A stretch of DNA of 64,000 nt from Sedimentisphaeraceae bacterium JB056 (GTDB lineage Bacteria > Planctomycetota > Phycisphaerae > Sedimentisphaerales > Sedimentisphaeraceae): positions 234,230-298,229 of the forward strand of contig JBITAJ010000028.1 of the NCBI GenBank assembly GCA_044440125.1. Direction: 5' to 3'. Positions 19,603 to 30,239 of the stretch are shown piece by piece. Position 1 is the first letter of the stretch. Every line of letters starts with the position of its first letter. The position numbers and the translations under genes are program-made. Under the pieces are notes generated by a model that saw only the letters and a program-made list of their open reading frames with translations, had not been told where the DNA came from and ran no database searches.

Positions 19603-19775
19603 CATTGCCTATTAGTAAAGCACAAACGCGCAAGTAAATATTAGAGTGTATGGCATTGCTTTTTAGCAGATATATGATTGCTAACTCGGTTATAATTAAA
19701 ATTTAGCTTGATTTTTTCTTCAAAATCACTATTTTACCGCCCTCTATTAAATTAATGTGAAGGTGAGTACAAAAG

Positions 19776-20861
19776 ATGACACAAGAATTGTTCAAAGAAT
19801 TTACAATAAACGGAATTAATGTTAGAAACCGCTTTATCAGGTCTGCTACGTGGGAAAACATGGCAGACGATGAGGGTTTTGCGACCGAGCAGCTTACAAA
19901 GCTGTTTGTCGATTTTGCCGAAGGCGGCGTAGGACTGATAATCACGGGATTCGCGAGAATCCTTGAAGACGACCTTATTGCACCAAGAATGATCGGGCTT
20001 TATGACGATAAGTTTATAGACAGCTACAAAGAGCTTACAGACAAGGTGCACGCGGCAGGCGGCAAGATAGCCGCACAGCTTGCAACAGGCAGCTCTCAGT
20101 CTAAATACAGGGCAAGAAGACGCACGATACTCGGCCCATCAGAGGTGATGGACAAGATGTACAGGGTAACGCCTGTCGAAATGAGTGAAGAGGACATCAA
20201 AAAGAATATCCAGGCGTATATCGACGCGGCGGTACGGGCTAAGAAAAGCGGATTCGACGGCGTACAGCTTCACTGCGCCCACGGCTATATGCTCAGCAAA
20301 TTCCTCAACCCATACTACAACCGCAGGGAAGATGCTTACGGCGGCAACATAGAAAACCGTGCAAGGATGACATACGAAATAATCGAGGGCATCCAGCAGG
20401 CACTGCCAGGCTACCCAATAATGGTAAAGATCAACTGCGAAGACTTCAACGAACCCGACACGGGATTGACGCTTGAAGAGTCCATCGAAGTTTGCAAAAA
20501 GCTCGACCAGATGGGCGTTGCTCTTATCGAAGTGAGCGGCGGCACAGCCGGTTCACAGGAACACCTTAGGCCGATACGTCCTGTAAAGAAAGATACGCAG
20601 TCGTATTTTGCCGAAGAAGCAGGCCAAATCGCAAAGGCCGTAAACTGTGAAGTGGCACTTGTCGGCGGCAACAGAGATATTAGCCGTATGTCTGAGATAA
20701 GCAATGAAAGCGGCATAAAGTTCTTCTCACTCAGCAGGCCGCTGGTCTGCCAGAGCGATCTTATCAATATATGGCAGAAAGATGCCGCTGAAAAGCCTAA
20801 GTGCGTTTCGTGCGGCAAGTGCTGGCACCCAAGCGGCACAAAATGCCTGCTGTTCAGATAA
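19776..20861 (+). CDS. NADH:flavin oxidoreductase (Old Yellow Enzyme family)
   Basis: NRFIRSATWE, GFDGVQLHCAHGYMLS, NRREDAYGG, C-terminal CxxCxxC. Confidence 0.92.
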   Translation: MTQELFKEFTINGINVRNRFIRSATWENMADDEGFATEQLTKLFVDFAEGGVGLIITGFARILEDDLIAPRMIGLYDDKFIDSYKELTDKVHAAGGKIAAQLATGSSQSKYRARRRTILGPSEVMDKMYRVTPVEMSEEDIKKNIQAYIDAAVRAKKSGFDGVQLHCAHGYMLSKFLNPYYNRREDAYGGNIENRARMTYEIIEGIQQALPGYPIMVKINCEDFNEPDTGLTLEESIEVCKKLDQMGVALIEVSGGTAGSQEHLRPIRPVKKDTQSYFAEEAGQIAKAVNCEVALVGGNRDISRMSEISNESGIKFFSLSRPLVCQSDLINIWQKDAAEKPKCVSCGKCWHPSGTKCLLFR

Positions 20862-20880
20862 AGTAAGGGATTGGGGAATT

Positions 20881-20935
20881 GCCCGCTCCCTCACAGTCGC
20901 GGTACTGATGTGGGATGGTGGGGGTTGCCCGCTCC
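20881..20935 (+). repeat. REP-like repeat doublet
   Basis: GCCCGCTCCCTCACAGTCGCGGTACTGATGTGGGAT...TGCCCGCTCC; related copies at 23094-23159 and 62846-62904. Confidence 0.75.
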
Positions 20936-21007
20936 TTTCCAGTAGCCCTGCTGATATTTGAGATTTTTGTTGACGCAAATTCTGCCTGATGTATCATAAT
21001 CATTGTC

Positions 21008-23086
21008 ATGGTTCAACAGCAGCAAAACACAGAAGATAAATTGCAGTATCTAAAGGGAGTCGGGCCGGAAAAGGCCAAAGTTCTCAGATCAATGGGAATA
21101 ACGACGCCTCAGGATCTGCTCGAATATTTCCCCCGCAGATGGGAATTCCTGCCCGATTGCAGTGCGATATCAGCCGTAGAGGCCGGTCAGGAAGCTACCG
21201 TTGTGGGAATCATAGAGAGCATCGATTTCCGCAACATGCGAGGCAGGAGCTTATTCGAGGTTTATCTTGCAGATCACAGCGGCTCGATCAGGGTATTATG
21301 GTTCAACGGCGGCTATCTCAAACGTCAGCTCAATATCGGGATGACGATAGCCGTAACCGGTAAGATAAACGAGTATAAATACCAACTGCAGATAACGAAC
21401 CCTAAGTTCAAGATTGTGGGAGCAGGTGGCGAACTTGATGTCAACAGACTCGGCGGGCCGGTCTATCCGGCAAATTCCGATATCAGCAGCAACCAGATAA
21501 AATTCATACTCCGCAACAATCTTGATGCGCTCTGCGATGGTCTTTGCGAGCTGTTTGATAATGAGTTCCAGAAAAAAGCGATATTGCTCGACCGCAAAGC
21601 CGCTTTCAGGCTGATACATGACCCGCAAGATGAACAGGATATAAAGAAGGCAACTCGCACGCTGAAGTATGAGGAGCTGTTCATAATGCAGCTTGGGCTT
21701 GCGATACGGCGATATCTTTCACGAACCGGCCAGAAAGCCAGGGCAATGAAATTTTCAGCCGCCCTCGACAGCCGCATCCGCAAACGCTTCCCGTTCATGC
21801 TTACCGCAGATCAGGATGAAGTTGTCGCTGAAATCATAGCCGACATGCGATCGGAACAACCGATGAACCGTCTTCTTCAGGGAGACGTCGGCTCTGGTAA
21901 GACTGCTGTTGCCGTGTATGCCGCACTTGTGGCTATAGCAAACAAAACGCAAGTAACGATAATGGCCCCGACTGAGATTCTTGCCGAACAGCATTATATC
22001 AATATCTGCCGTTACCTGAAGGGCAGCAAGGTCAAGATTGCCATGCTTACCGGCTCAATGCCCGCTAAAAAACGCAAAGAGCTGCTGATCAGTGTTGAAC
22101 AGGGATATGTCGACATAGTGGTCGGAACGGTAGCATTAATAGAGCATGATGTGAAGTTCAAAGAGCTTGGGCTTGTGGTTATCGATGAGCAGCACAAGTT
22201 CGGCGTCGATCAGCGTGCAAAACTCCGCAAAGAGACAACGCCGCATTGCCTCGTGATGACGGCAACACCGATTCCGAGAACATTGGCGATGACTGTATTC
22301 GGCGATCTGGAAGTATCGATAATCAAGAACAAACCGGCCGGACGAGGCACCATTACAACAAAATGGATAAAGCCCGATGACAGACAGAAAGCGTTCGAGT
22401 TCATACGCTCTCTGCTCAAGGCCGGTAAGCAAGCATACTTCGTATATCCGCGTATCGAGTCAACCGAAGCAGAGAACAGCCTCAAAGCCGCAATAGATGA
22501 ATTTCATCTGCTCAACGAAGTGATATACCCTGAGTTTGAGGTTGCATTGCTGCACGGCAGAATGAAAGCCGATGAGAAACAGGATGTGATGGAGAGATTC
22601 CGGCACGGCAAAATACAGATACTCGTTTCAACAGTGGTTATCGAGGTGGGTGTGGATGTACCCAACGCAACTGTGATGGTGATAGAGGATGCCAACAACT
22701 TCGGCCTCGCCCAGCTTCACCAGCTTCGCGGCAGAATAGGCCGAGGCAGCAGCAATTCATATTGCATGCTGTTTTCCGACTCCGACAATGAGATAGCAGC
22801 CCTGCGGCTTGATGTGATGTGCAAGAGCAACGACGGCTTCTTCATCGCCGAGCAGGATTTGGCCATAAGAGGCCCGGGCGAGATGTTCAGCACACGTCAG
22901 CACGGCCTGCCGGATATGAAGATCGCAAACATAGTCGAAGATTTCGATCTGCTCAATATGGCTCGTCGCGATGCGTTCAAACTTGTCAAGGAAGATCCGC
23001 TTCTGCAAAAGCCTAAGCATTACAATCTGAGACAAACTGTAATATCAAAGCTCGGCGGTAAGCTGGGGCTGACCGATATTGCTTGA
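21008..23086 (+). CDS. recG: ATP-dependent DNA helicase RecG
   Basis: LQGDVGSGKT, IDEQHKFG, MTATPIPRT, QLHQLRGRIGRG, RGPGE. Confidence 0.97.
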   Translation: MVQQQQNTEDKLQYLKGVGPEKAKVLRSMGITTPQDLLEYFPRRWEFLPDCSAISAVEAGQEATVVGIIESIDFRNMRGRSLFEVYLADHSGSIRVLWFNGGYLKRQLNIGMTIAVTGKINEYKYQLQITNPKFKIVGAGGELDVNRLGGPVYPANSDISSNQIKFILRNNLDALCDGLCELFDNEFQKKAILLDRKAAFRLIHDPQDEQDIKKATRTLKYEELFIMQLGLAIRRYLSRTGQKARAMKFSAALDSRIRKRFPFMLTADQDEVVAEIIADMRSEQPMNRLLQGDVGSGKTAVAVYAALVAIANKTQVTIMAPTEILAEQHYINICRYLKGSKVKIAMLTGSMPAKKRKELLISVEQGYVDIVVGTVALIEHDVKFKELGLVVIDEQHKFGVDQRAKLRKETTPHCLVMTATPIPRTLAMTVFGDLEVSIIKNKPAGRGTITTKWIKPDDRQKAFEFIRSLLKAGKQAYFVYPRIESTEAENSLKAAIDEFHLLNEVIYPEFEVALLHGRMKADEKQDVMERFRHGKIQILVSTVVIEVGVDVPNATVMVIEDANNFGLAQLHQLRGRIGRGSSNSYCMLFSDSDNEIAALRLDVMCKSNDGFFIAEQDLAIRGPGEMFSTRQHGLPDMKIANIVEDFDLLNMARRDAFKLVKEDPLLQKPKHYNLRQTVISKLGGKLGLTDIA

Positions 23087-23093
23087 TTGAGCT

Positions 23094-23159
23094 GCCCGCT
23101 CCCTACAGGCCTGAGGTACTGATGTGGGATTTGCCCGCTTCCTCACGGGTGCGGTACTG
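23094..23159 (+). repeat. REP-like repeat doublet
   Basis: GCCCGCTCCCT...GGTACTGATGTGGGATTTGCCCGCTTCCTCACGGGTGCGGTACTG. Confidence 0.75.
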
Positions 23160-24833
23160 TTATTGTCGCATAGCTAAGAGTTTTTTCTTGAGGTCAGTTT
23201 TTATGTCTGTGTATTTTCCATCATATGCAAGGTTGTGCCATTCGTTTGCATCGGTGCTGTGATCATATAGTTCTTCACTGCCATCATTACATAGAATATA
23301 TCGCCATCTTCTTGTACGCAGGGAATAGTGCTGGCGGTCGGGCTTGCCCGGCTCATAAAACCCGAGCTCATCATCACTGGCGACAACACTCAAAGCACCT
23401 TCAGGCCCGGTCCAATCATCGGTCTGCGGGTCATTGAGAAACTCGCGCAGGCTGTAACCATCGTTTTCTTTATTCTGCGGCAAGCCGCATAGGTCCGTCA
23501 TTGTCGGGTACAGGTCTATCAATGAAACCGGATGTTTGCAGACCTGCGAACCCTTGAAGTTCGGAGCCGCGATAACCAGCGGCACCTTTGTAGCCTCTTC
23601 CCATAGCGTATTCTTGAAGATATGGTCTTTCTCGCCGATATGATAGCCGTTGTCGGAGCAGAATACTATCACAGTATTATCAAGCAGCCCGCCGGCCTCA
23701 AGTCCATCAATAACCTTACCGATCTGCTCATCCACAAATGCCACGCATGCAAGATACGCATGCAACCACTGCTTCCACACCTTTACACCACCGGCCTGCT
23801 GAACGGCATCAAATACATCCCTGCCCCAATCGTCAGGACTTGTCTTCTCGGCCAGTACCTTCGCGCAGTCCTCAAGATCACCGGGAAGATAAGGAGGCAA
23901 CTGAATATTATCCGCATCGAACATATCGAAATACTTCTTCGGTGCATAAAGCGGGCTGTGAGGCTTCCCAAATCCAAGCGACATAAAAAACGGCTTGTCG
24001 CGGTCCTTTGCGAATTGCTCCACGGCCCAGTTCGCAACTCGTTCATCATGCATCAGGTCCCTATCGTCATCACTCTCGTAATGGAAAGGAGAAACATCTT
24101 CAGGAAAAACAACCGGCTGATCAATGGACTCAAAATATTTTTTCAATTTTTCATCTGATTTTCTACCGGTATAATTTCGCCAACCACCGGTGAACTTATT
24201 ACCCTCATCATCAGTAAATACCGGCTTATTAGAAAGCGGCCCGAATCCGTCCCACATTCTCTCGTCAAGAGGGGAAGAAAGATTTGGGTTTGCCTGCGGC
24301 AACTCAGCCTTGCCGTCATAAGGCCACGGCCCGTAATCAAGGGCTATCGGATAGATAATCTCACCATCGGCATTTCGCCACAAGTCGCGATCGAGGGCAT
24401 TTGGATGGCTTATTTTGCCCGTCGCCATTACGCGGTAACCGTTTTGAACAAAATACTGCGGCAGTTTTGTCGAAGCCTTGATTGCATCGTTAAGTCTCCA
24501 AGCTGCACGCCTGTTCTGGTTGTAGCCGAAATGACCGGAGCTATGCGGGTATAGTCCACTGAGAAGCGAAGCACGGCTGGGTCCGCAAAGAGGATCGTTG
24601 GAATGAGCATTTGTAAACCTCGTCCCCATTGCCATAAGCCTGTCGATATTAGGCGTCTTAGCCTGGGGATGGCCGCCCATCTTCTCTACGCTGTCGTTAA
24701 GATCATCACAGATTATGAAAAGCAAGTTTGGTTTTGATTCACTGAAACCTCTGGCAGTTCTATCAATCACACAGCCACCAAACAATCCTAATCCGCAAAC
24801 ACCGGTAAACTTTAGAAAATCCCGCCTGTTCAT
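23160..24833 (-). CDS. Tat-exported Cys-type sulfatase (iduronate/choline-sulfatase-like)
   Basis: MNRRDFLK Tat motif; DDL, CGPSRASLLSG, KPH, SDNGYH; ATGA overlap with the upstream sulfatase. Confidence 0.92.
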   Translation of the reverse strand: MNRRDFLKFTGVCGLGLFGGCVIDRTARGFSESKPNLLFIICDDLNDSVEKMGGHPQAKTPNIDRLMAMGTRFTNAHSNDPLCGPSRASLLSGLYPHSSGHFGYNQNRRAAWRLNDAIKASTKLPQYFVQNGYRVMATGKISHPNALDRDLWRNADGEIIYPIALDYGPWPYDGKAELPQANPNLSSPLDERMWDGFGPLSNKPVFTDDEGNKFTGGWRNYTGRKSDEKLKKYFESIDQPVVFPEDVSPFHYESDDDRDLMHDERVANWAVEQFAKDRDKPFFMSLGFGKPHSPLYAPKKYFDMFDADNIQLPPYLPGDLEDCAKVLAEKTSPDDWGRDVFDAVQQAGGVKVWKQWLHAYLACVAFVDEQIGKVIDGLEAGGLLDNTVIVFCSDNGYHIGEKDHIFKNTLWEEATKVPLVIAAPNFKGSQVCKHPVSLIDLYPTMTDLCGLPQNKENDGYSLREFLNDPQTDDWTGPEGALSVVASDDELGFYEPGKPDRQHYSLRTRRWRYILCNDGSEELYDHSTDANEWHNLAYDGKYTDIKTDLKKKLLAMRQ

Positions 24834-26296
24834 TTCGATTCTTTCCAATCAAATTTCTTCTCGTATCTGCTCGCCACTGCTTCTACTCCCGCACAGTGCT
24901 TCTCTTTCAATTCCCGGATATTTTTTATAACATCAGGATGCTCTTTAGAAACATCATATTTTTCACTCGGGTCTTGCCCAAGATGATATAACAAAGGCTG
25001 CTGATGGCATGTCTTCTCCGGCCCCTGACGGAACGAACCTTCGGTAATAAAATGAGCTTTCCACATTCCGTATCTTACCGCATAGATTTCATTATTCCGA
25101 TAATAAAAAAAATCTTTCCGCAGACTCTCACCGGAACCTAAAATCGCTGAACTTAGATCATACGAATCCACAGCATGTTCGCCGGGTACACCGGCTCCCG
25201 CAAGAACACCGAAAGTCTTATAGAAATCCAGCGTAGATCCAATATCACGAACAACACTGCCAGCCTGTATATGCCCGGGCCACCAGAAGATGCAAGGCTC
25301 TCGCATTCCACCTTCAAAAGTCTGCCCCTTACCGCCCCGGAGAAGACCTGCCGAACCGCCCTTTTCAAACTTACTCAGCCAGGGACCGTTATCTGAAGTA
25401 AAGACAACAAGCGTATTCTTATCGAGATTCAGATCGCGTAAGGTCTGCAGAATAGTTCCGACAGAGGCATCAAGTTCTTCGACAACATCACCATAAAGCC
25501 CACGCCTGCTCTTTCCAAGAAACTCATCTGAAGCAAACAAAGGAACGTGAGGAAAACTGTGTGCCATATAAAGAAAAAACGGTTCATCGCGATTTTCTTT
25601 TATATAATCAACGCAACGCTCTGTATATCTTTTAGTGAGGGTAGTCTGATCACATGGATATTCCACTACAACTTCATCTTCCATCAACGGAACCCAATCA
25701 TTCTTTCGCTTTTGAGGGTCTCTCATCTGTTCCAGCGTCACGCCATTTCGAAGATTTATTTTTTCGGCAACCTGCATATACGGATCAACCCGCATATCAT
25801 TTGAGTATGGTATTCCAAAGTATTCGTCAAAGCCCTGATTTGTCGGCAAGAATTCAGGCTGATGCCCCAAGTGCCACTTACCAACACACGAAGTTTTATA
25901 ACCTTGCCGTTTAAGCATTTCGGCAACAGTAATCTCTTTGGAAGAAAGCCCGTCGGCCGACCATTCAAAAAAGACATGGCCGTCTGTTCCGCTGCGTATG
26001 GGATATTTTCCAGTCATCAGACCAGCCCTACTGGGAGAACAAAGTGATGATGCGGCATAAAAGTTGGTCCATCTCTGTCCCTCGTAAGCCATTCGATCAA
26101 TATTCGGCGTTGAGATAGTCGGGTGGCCATAACTGCCAAGATCGCCATAACCCAAATCATCAGCAAAAAGCACTATTATATTAGGCTTCTCTTTACTGCC
26201 TATATTTTCTGTCTGCCAAACGGCAGTTGAGCATCCCGGCAATACACAACTGATTCCTACAAAACCTGCCGCCTTAAAAAAATCCCGCCTGTTCAT
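24830..26296 (-). CDS. Tat-exported arylsulfatase A-like sulfatase
   Basis: MNRRDFFK; ADDLGYGDLG, CSPSRAGLMTG, GKWHLG, TSDNG. Confidence 0.93.
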   Translation of the reverse strand: MNRRDFFKAAGFVGISCVLPGCSTAVWQTENIGSKEKPNIIVLFADDLGYGDLGSYGHPTISTPNIDRMAYEGQRWTNFYAASSLCSPSRAGLMTGKYPIRSGTDGHVFFEWSADGLSSKEITVAEMLKRQGYKTSCVGKWHLGHQPEFLPTNQGFDEYFGIPYSNDMRVDPYMQVAEKINLRNGVTLEQMRDPQKRKNDWVPLMEDEVVVEYPCDQTTLTKRYTERCVDYIKENRDEPFFLYMAHSFPHVPLFASDEFLGKSRRGLYGDVVEELDASVGTILQTLRDLNLDKNTLVVFTSDNGPWLSKFEKGGSAGLLRGGKGQTFEGGMREPCIFWWPGHIQAGSVVRDIGSTLDFYKTFGVLAGAGVPGEHAVDSYDLSSAILGSGESLRKDFFYYRNNEIYAVRYGMWKAHFITEGSFRQGPEKTCHQQPLLYHLGQDPSEKYDVSKEHPDVIKNIRELKEKHCAGVEAVASRYEKKFDWKESK

Positions 26297-28330
26297 TTAA
26301 GCTCCTATACCAAGTATCCACATAAACATCCATACTATCACACCGGTAGCAATCCAGCAAAGAATAAACCCGTAAGTATCGGTCTTTGTCCATTTGCAGA
26401 ACTCCCAGCTTGATTTCGGGAAAAGCTTTTTGTGATCGAATCTATGGGGCATTTCATAGCTTTTCTGCACTTCAATCTCATCTTCTTCGAGGGTCGGGGC
26501 AATTGGAGTTTTCATTCTCACATAAAACCTATCCAAAATTTGCTTATCGGGAGTCTTTGTAAACAAACTGACCAATATAAGCACTACAAACGGGAATATG
26601 ATATTGACAAGAAACCTTGTTCCAAGCAGACCGGCTCTTGAGAAATTTTCTACAGGGAAACCCATAATCGAGGCAATATATACCTCAATATTAAATCTGC
26701 CGATGCCAACATCAACAGAATCAGGATCATCAGAATCAGCTTTTGCCACTTTGTCAAAAAATATGGCGTTGACCCCTCCATCTGTTTCAGCAATTGACTG
26801 AACGGTAATCGCGGGTAACCGCTTGAATGAATCGAACTGCACGAGTATCGCAGGCAGAGCAACGAATATCAAAAGGAAACTTATAACTTCAGTATATATC
26901 GCCGCAACAGTCAGCTTTCTCCAAAAGAATATAAGCATAACCACAGAACCAAACGCAACAGGAAGTGCCAGAAGGACTTTCATAAGCGAAATTATTCCGG
27001 TTGATTTTACCGCTACAAAAAGACCAAGTGTAAGGATTACAAAAATCACCACTCGGCCAACAAACACATAGTGCTTTTCGCTCTTATCAGGGAAAATGGG
27101 CGTATACAAATTTCGCACAAACAGTGCTGAAATACAAAGCGAACTCGAATCCATACTAGACATATTTGCCGCCAATATTCCCGCTATCATAACACCTAAT
27201 ATACCGGTTCCAAGCAGACTCTTGGAAAGATATCCCCAAGTCTGATCGGGGTCGGCTATCTGGTCTTTGAATAAACCGAAAGCTATCAATCCCGCCAACG
27301 CCCATGCCATCATCATAAAACGCTTGCCAAAGGCTCCGGTTACCACTCCTACTCTTGCCGAATACTCATCCTTTGCCGAGCCGCCGCCAGCCATATTCGC
27401 ATAGCCGCCATTAACGCTGACAGCAACCAGCAATATCATGCTTGATATCGAAAACCAGTTATACTCGCTAAGACTCGAAGAACCAAAAAGATCAAACATA
27501 TCCGAAGGGACAGCAGCATGAAGCCCAGTAAAACCTCCAAGCTTAGCAAGCCCGAAAGGTATCAGTATTATTGAAAACACTATTATCAATAAACCCTGAA
27601 CGAGATTGGTAACAACCGCCGCCCTGAATCCGCCGCAAATTACATAAAACGCAACTATCGCACCGTATAAAATGTAGAAGAAAATCGGAGTATCGCCAAG
27701 ATAAGACACGTAACCCTTGAGCTGCCCCTTCAGATGCATATTTTCAAGGGTATCATATCTTTCAATCTCTGCCTCAGTAGCCGAATCAGAAGTAATCTTT
27801 TCTTTTATACTATTGTATTCAGAAAACTCCGCAATCATCTGCGATTCGGTAGCGGTATATTTTTCAGGAGACTTGATAAGCATTGCCTGCATTGTCTTAC
27901 CAGCCGCCAGATAGCCAAACCCTACCATAGTAGAGGCAAGCAGTATCGCATAGACAGCGAAGATAGCGGCAAGTTTTTTATTATTAAAACGATCCTCAAA
28001 AAGATCTGCCATCGAAATAAGACGTACGCGACGAAACCATACATTATAGAACCAGTAGAACGGAGTGGCAAACATCATTTGCAAGCCTATCCAAACCCCA
28101 CTAACACCCTGCCGAAACACCTCGGCAGCAACAGTGGCAGCACCGTTTGCATCAGTAGCCCCGCCAAACATCAGGAAAAACTGGTACAGCTTACCAAGCT
28201 TTCTCCCCGCAAGATAAAAGTCCGTCTCACCGGAAACCTGTTTAGAAAGACGCTGTCCGATATAAAGCATACCGAACATATAAAACACGATTATAAGCAC
28301 ATCTATAATGTGCAGTCCTAATATCGTCAT
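26297..28330 (-). CDS. Sodium:solute symporter family transporter
   Basis: Many TM segments; DFYLAGRKL, GGFRAAVVT, AANMSSMDS. Confidence 0.9.
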   Translation of the reverse strand: MTILGLHIIDVLIIVFYMFGMLYIGQRLSKQVSGETDFYLAGRKLGKLYQFFLMFGGATDANGAATVAAEVFRQGVSGVWIGLQMMFATPFYWFYNVWFRRVRLISMADLFEDRFNNKKLAAIFAVYAILLASTMVGFGYLAAGKTMQAMLIKSPEKYTATESQMIAEFSEYNSIKEKITSDSATEAEIERYDTLENMHLKGQLKGYVSYLGDTPIFFYILYGAIVAFYVICGGFRAAVVTNLVQGLLIIVFSIILIPFGLAKLGGFTGLHAAVPSDMFDLFGSSSLSEYNWFSISSMILLVAVSVNGGYANMAGGGSAKDEYSARVGVVTGAFGKRFMMMAWALAGLIAFGLFKDQIADPDQTWGYLSKSLLGTGILGVMIAGILAANMSSMDSSSLCISALFVRNLYTPIFPDKSEKHYVFVGRVVIFVILTLGLFVAVKSTGIISLMKVLLALPVAFGSVVMLIFFWRKLTVAAIYTEVISFLLIFVALPAILVQFDSFKRLPAITVQSIAETDGGVNAIFFDKVAKADSDDPDSVDVGIGRFNIEVYIASIMGFPVENFSRAGLLGTRFLVNIIFPFVVLILVSLFTKTPDKQILDRFYVRMKTPIAPTLEEDEIEVQKSYEMPHRFDHKKLFPKSSWEFCKWTKTDTYGFILCWIATGVIVWMFMWILGIGA

Positions 28331-30147
28331 CTATCTGCCTCGAATATTTTTCTGAGCTCACCATTCTCTTCGGCAACAATCTCAAAGGCCTTCTTCTTAT
28401 TCCAGTTCTCGTCCATCAGACCGTAACGGAACACACCTTTACCCTTGTTGTACCATCGCCAGTGCAGCGGAACACGTACATCCATAAGACACCACGGACA
28501 CCATCCCTTTATCTCCGGAAGTTCACGGAAGCTCTTGTAAGCCTCGCGAAGCATAAGACAATGGAAGTCTTCGTTGCCCACCTTTTCGGGATCGGAATTA
28601 GCGCCCAAAACAGACATCGAGCCAAACTCGCTTATAACTATAGGCTTGTTATAAGGCTTGAGAATGTCAACAAGCTTATGATAAGCAATAAGCCCATCAC
28701 CCGGTTCTGTAACATACAGATTCGCTCCAAGTATATCATACATCTCATAAAATTCGTCAGGATGAGCCGCACGCCAACGCTGGCTCTTGATCTGATGATC
28801 AAACTCATCACCAATCTTAAAACCACTGCTGAGCGACATTGTTTCATGTGTCTGACATTCAGCGCCGCTTATCAGTCTGCCCGGATCCATAGCACGAATC
28901 ATATCCGCCGCCTCGAACCAATAATCATACTCTTCTCTGCCCGGAGTATGTACGCCATTTTCAAAGCCGTGAGCACATTCGTTCGACGTCGACCATATGA
29001 TAAGACTCGAACGGTTCCAATCGCGAACGATTGCATCTGAAAGCATTCCAAGAGCCTGCTCCTTCATATGCGGCACATCATCTATCTGCGGTACCCAGTA
29101 AACGGGAACCTCCTGCCACCACATCAGCCCCGCCTCATCCATCATACGCCCGAACATCTCGGCATAAGGATAATGAGCACATCGCAGGAAATTAGCCCCA
29201 AGCTCCTTTGCCCTTGCTATCATCTCAGAGATACCTTGAGCCGTAGCACTTCTTCCGGTATCGGCAAACTCGGAGTGAACACAAACACCGTAGAGGTGAA
29301 TAGGCTTGCCGTTAAGCAGAATATCACTGCCGCTTGTGCTGATCTGGCGATAACCTATTTTATCAGTAAGTATTTCAAAACGAGTTTTTACAACTGTTTC
29401 ATAAAGCTTTGGATTTTCAGGTGTCCATAAATCTATTTTATCAACATCTATGCTTACACTGCCGCATTCCCAATTCGCGGCTGCTACGCTTACGGTCTGA
29501 CTGACACCAAGCTCAGGAATTTCAAAGGTGACATCTTCATAAGAAGATCTGTCACGGCAGTCAAGCAAGACTTCGAAATCTATATGAACCTGCCCGGCTT
29601 CAATAGTTGTTTGAGTACGGAAATTCTTGACGTAAACCTTAGGTACAAATACCAGCTTAACGCCATTGATAATGCCGCCGTCATTATTCCAGTCATAACG
29701 GGTTCCGGGAACCCTGTCTTCTTTATGCAGGTTTTCAACAAGTACAAAGAGCCTGTTTGTTTCCTGTAAAATATCAGTCACCCTAAAATTGAAAGGCGAA
29801 TATCCCCAGTCATGCGAACCTACGCTCTGACCATTGAGGTAAATCTCGGAGGTGTAGACAACACCATCGAATACCAAAAAAGCCTCGCTGTCGGCTGGAA
29901 TTTCATCAATCTCAAAATCCCTCATATAGACGGCATGGCCATCATACCATTTAAGTTCCTCAATCTGCTTTTTCCATGTACCCGGAACTTCTATATCCCA
30001 GAACCCCTCTACATCCCAGCAAGGAAAGAAATTGTTGTTCTGCGGTTTATTTTGCCACCATTTCTGCTGACGGCACCGCTGCATTGGATCAGGATTGAAT
30101 TTCCATTTACCGTTTAAATCTATAGATTCTCTGTTATATGTAAACAT
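28327..30147 (-). CDS. Glycoside hydrolase family 2 (beta-glucuronidase/galactosidase-like)
   Basis: LNGKWKF, GVCVH, NFLRCAHYP, WSTSNE (acid/base), ISEFG (nucleophile). Confidence 0.9.
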   Translation of the reverse strand: MFTYNRESIDLNGKWKFNPDPMQRCRQQKWWQNKPQNNNFFPCWDVEGFWDIEVPGTWKKQIEELKWYDGHAVYMRDFEIDEIPADSEAFLVFDGVVYTSEIYLNGQSVGSHDWGYSPFNFRVTDILQETNRLFVLVENLHKEDRVPGTRYDWNNDGGIINGVKLVFVPKVYVKNFRTQTTIEAGQVHIDFEVLLDCRDRSSYEDVTFEIPELGVSQTVSVAAANWECGSVSIDVDKIDLWTPENPKLYETVVKTRFEILTDKIGYRQISTSGSDILLNGKPIHLYGVCVHSEFADTGRSATAQGISEMIARAKELGANFLRCAHYPYAEMFGRMMDEAGLMWWQEVPVYWVPQIDDVPHMKEQALGMLSDAIVRDWNRSSLIIWSTSNECAHGFENGVHTPGREEYDYWFEAADMIRAMDPGRLISGAECQTHETMSLSSGFKIGDEFDHQIKSQRWRAAHPDEFYEMYDILGANLYVTEPGDGLIAYHKLVDILKPYNKPIVISEFGSMSVLGANSDPEKVGNEDFHCLMLREAYKSFRELPEIKGWCPWCLMDVRVPLHWRWYNKGKGVFRYGLMDENWNKKKAFEIVAEENGELRKIFEADR

Positions 30148-30199
30148 AGCTCACTTTCAAATTGCAAAATTAATTTCAGATTTTAATTTAGCTGTCAAC

Positions 30200-30225
30200 G
30201 GGCGAAAACATTGTTTCGCCCCTAC
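30200..30225 (-). repeat. GTAG-type REP-like palindrome
   Basis: Minus strand GTAGGGGCGAAACAATGTTTTCGCCC. Confidence 0.55.
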
Positions 30226-30239
30226 TGCCTTGTATCTAT

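Noticed and set aside
20881..23159. Repeats as a possible CRISPR array
   Set aside because: Only doublets, degenerate, without regular unique spacers or cas genes.
24817..26296. Identical first 17 nt (ATGAACAGGCGGGATTT) of the two sulfatases
   Set aside because: Explained by the shared Tat motif MNRRDF; too short to imply more.
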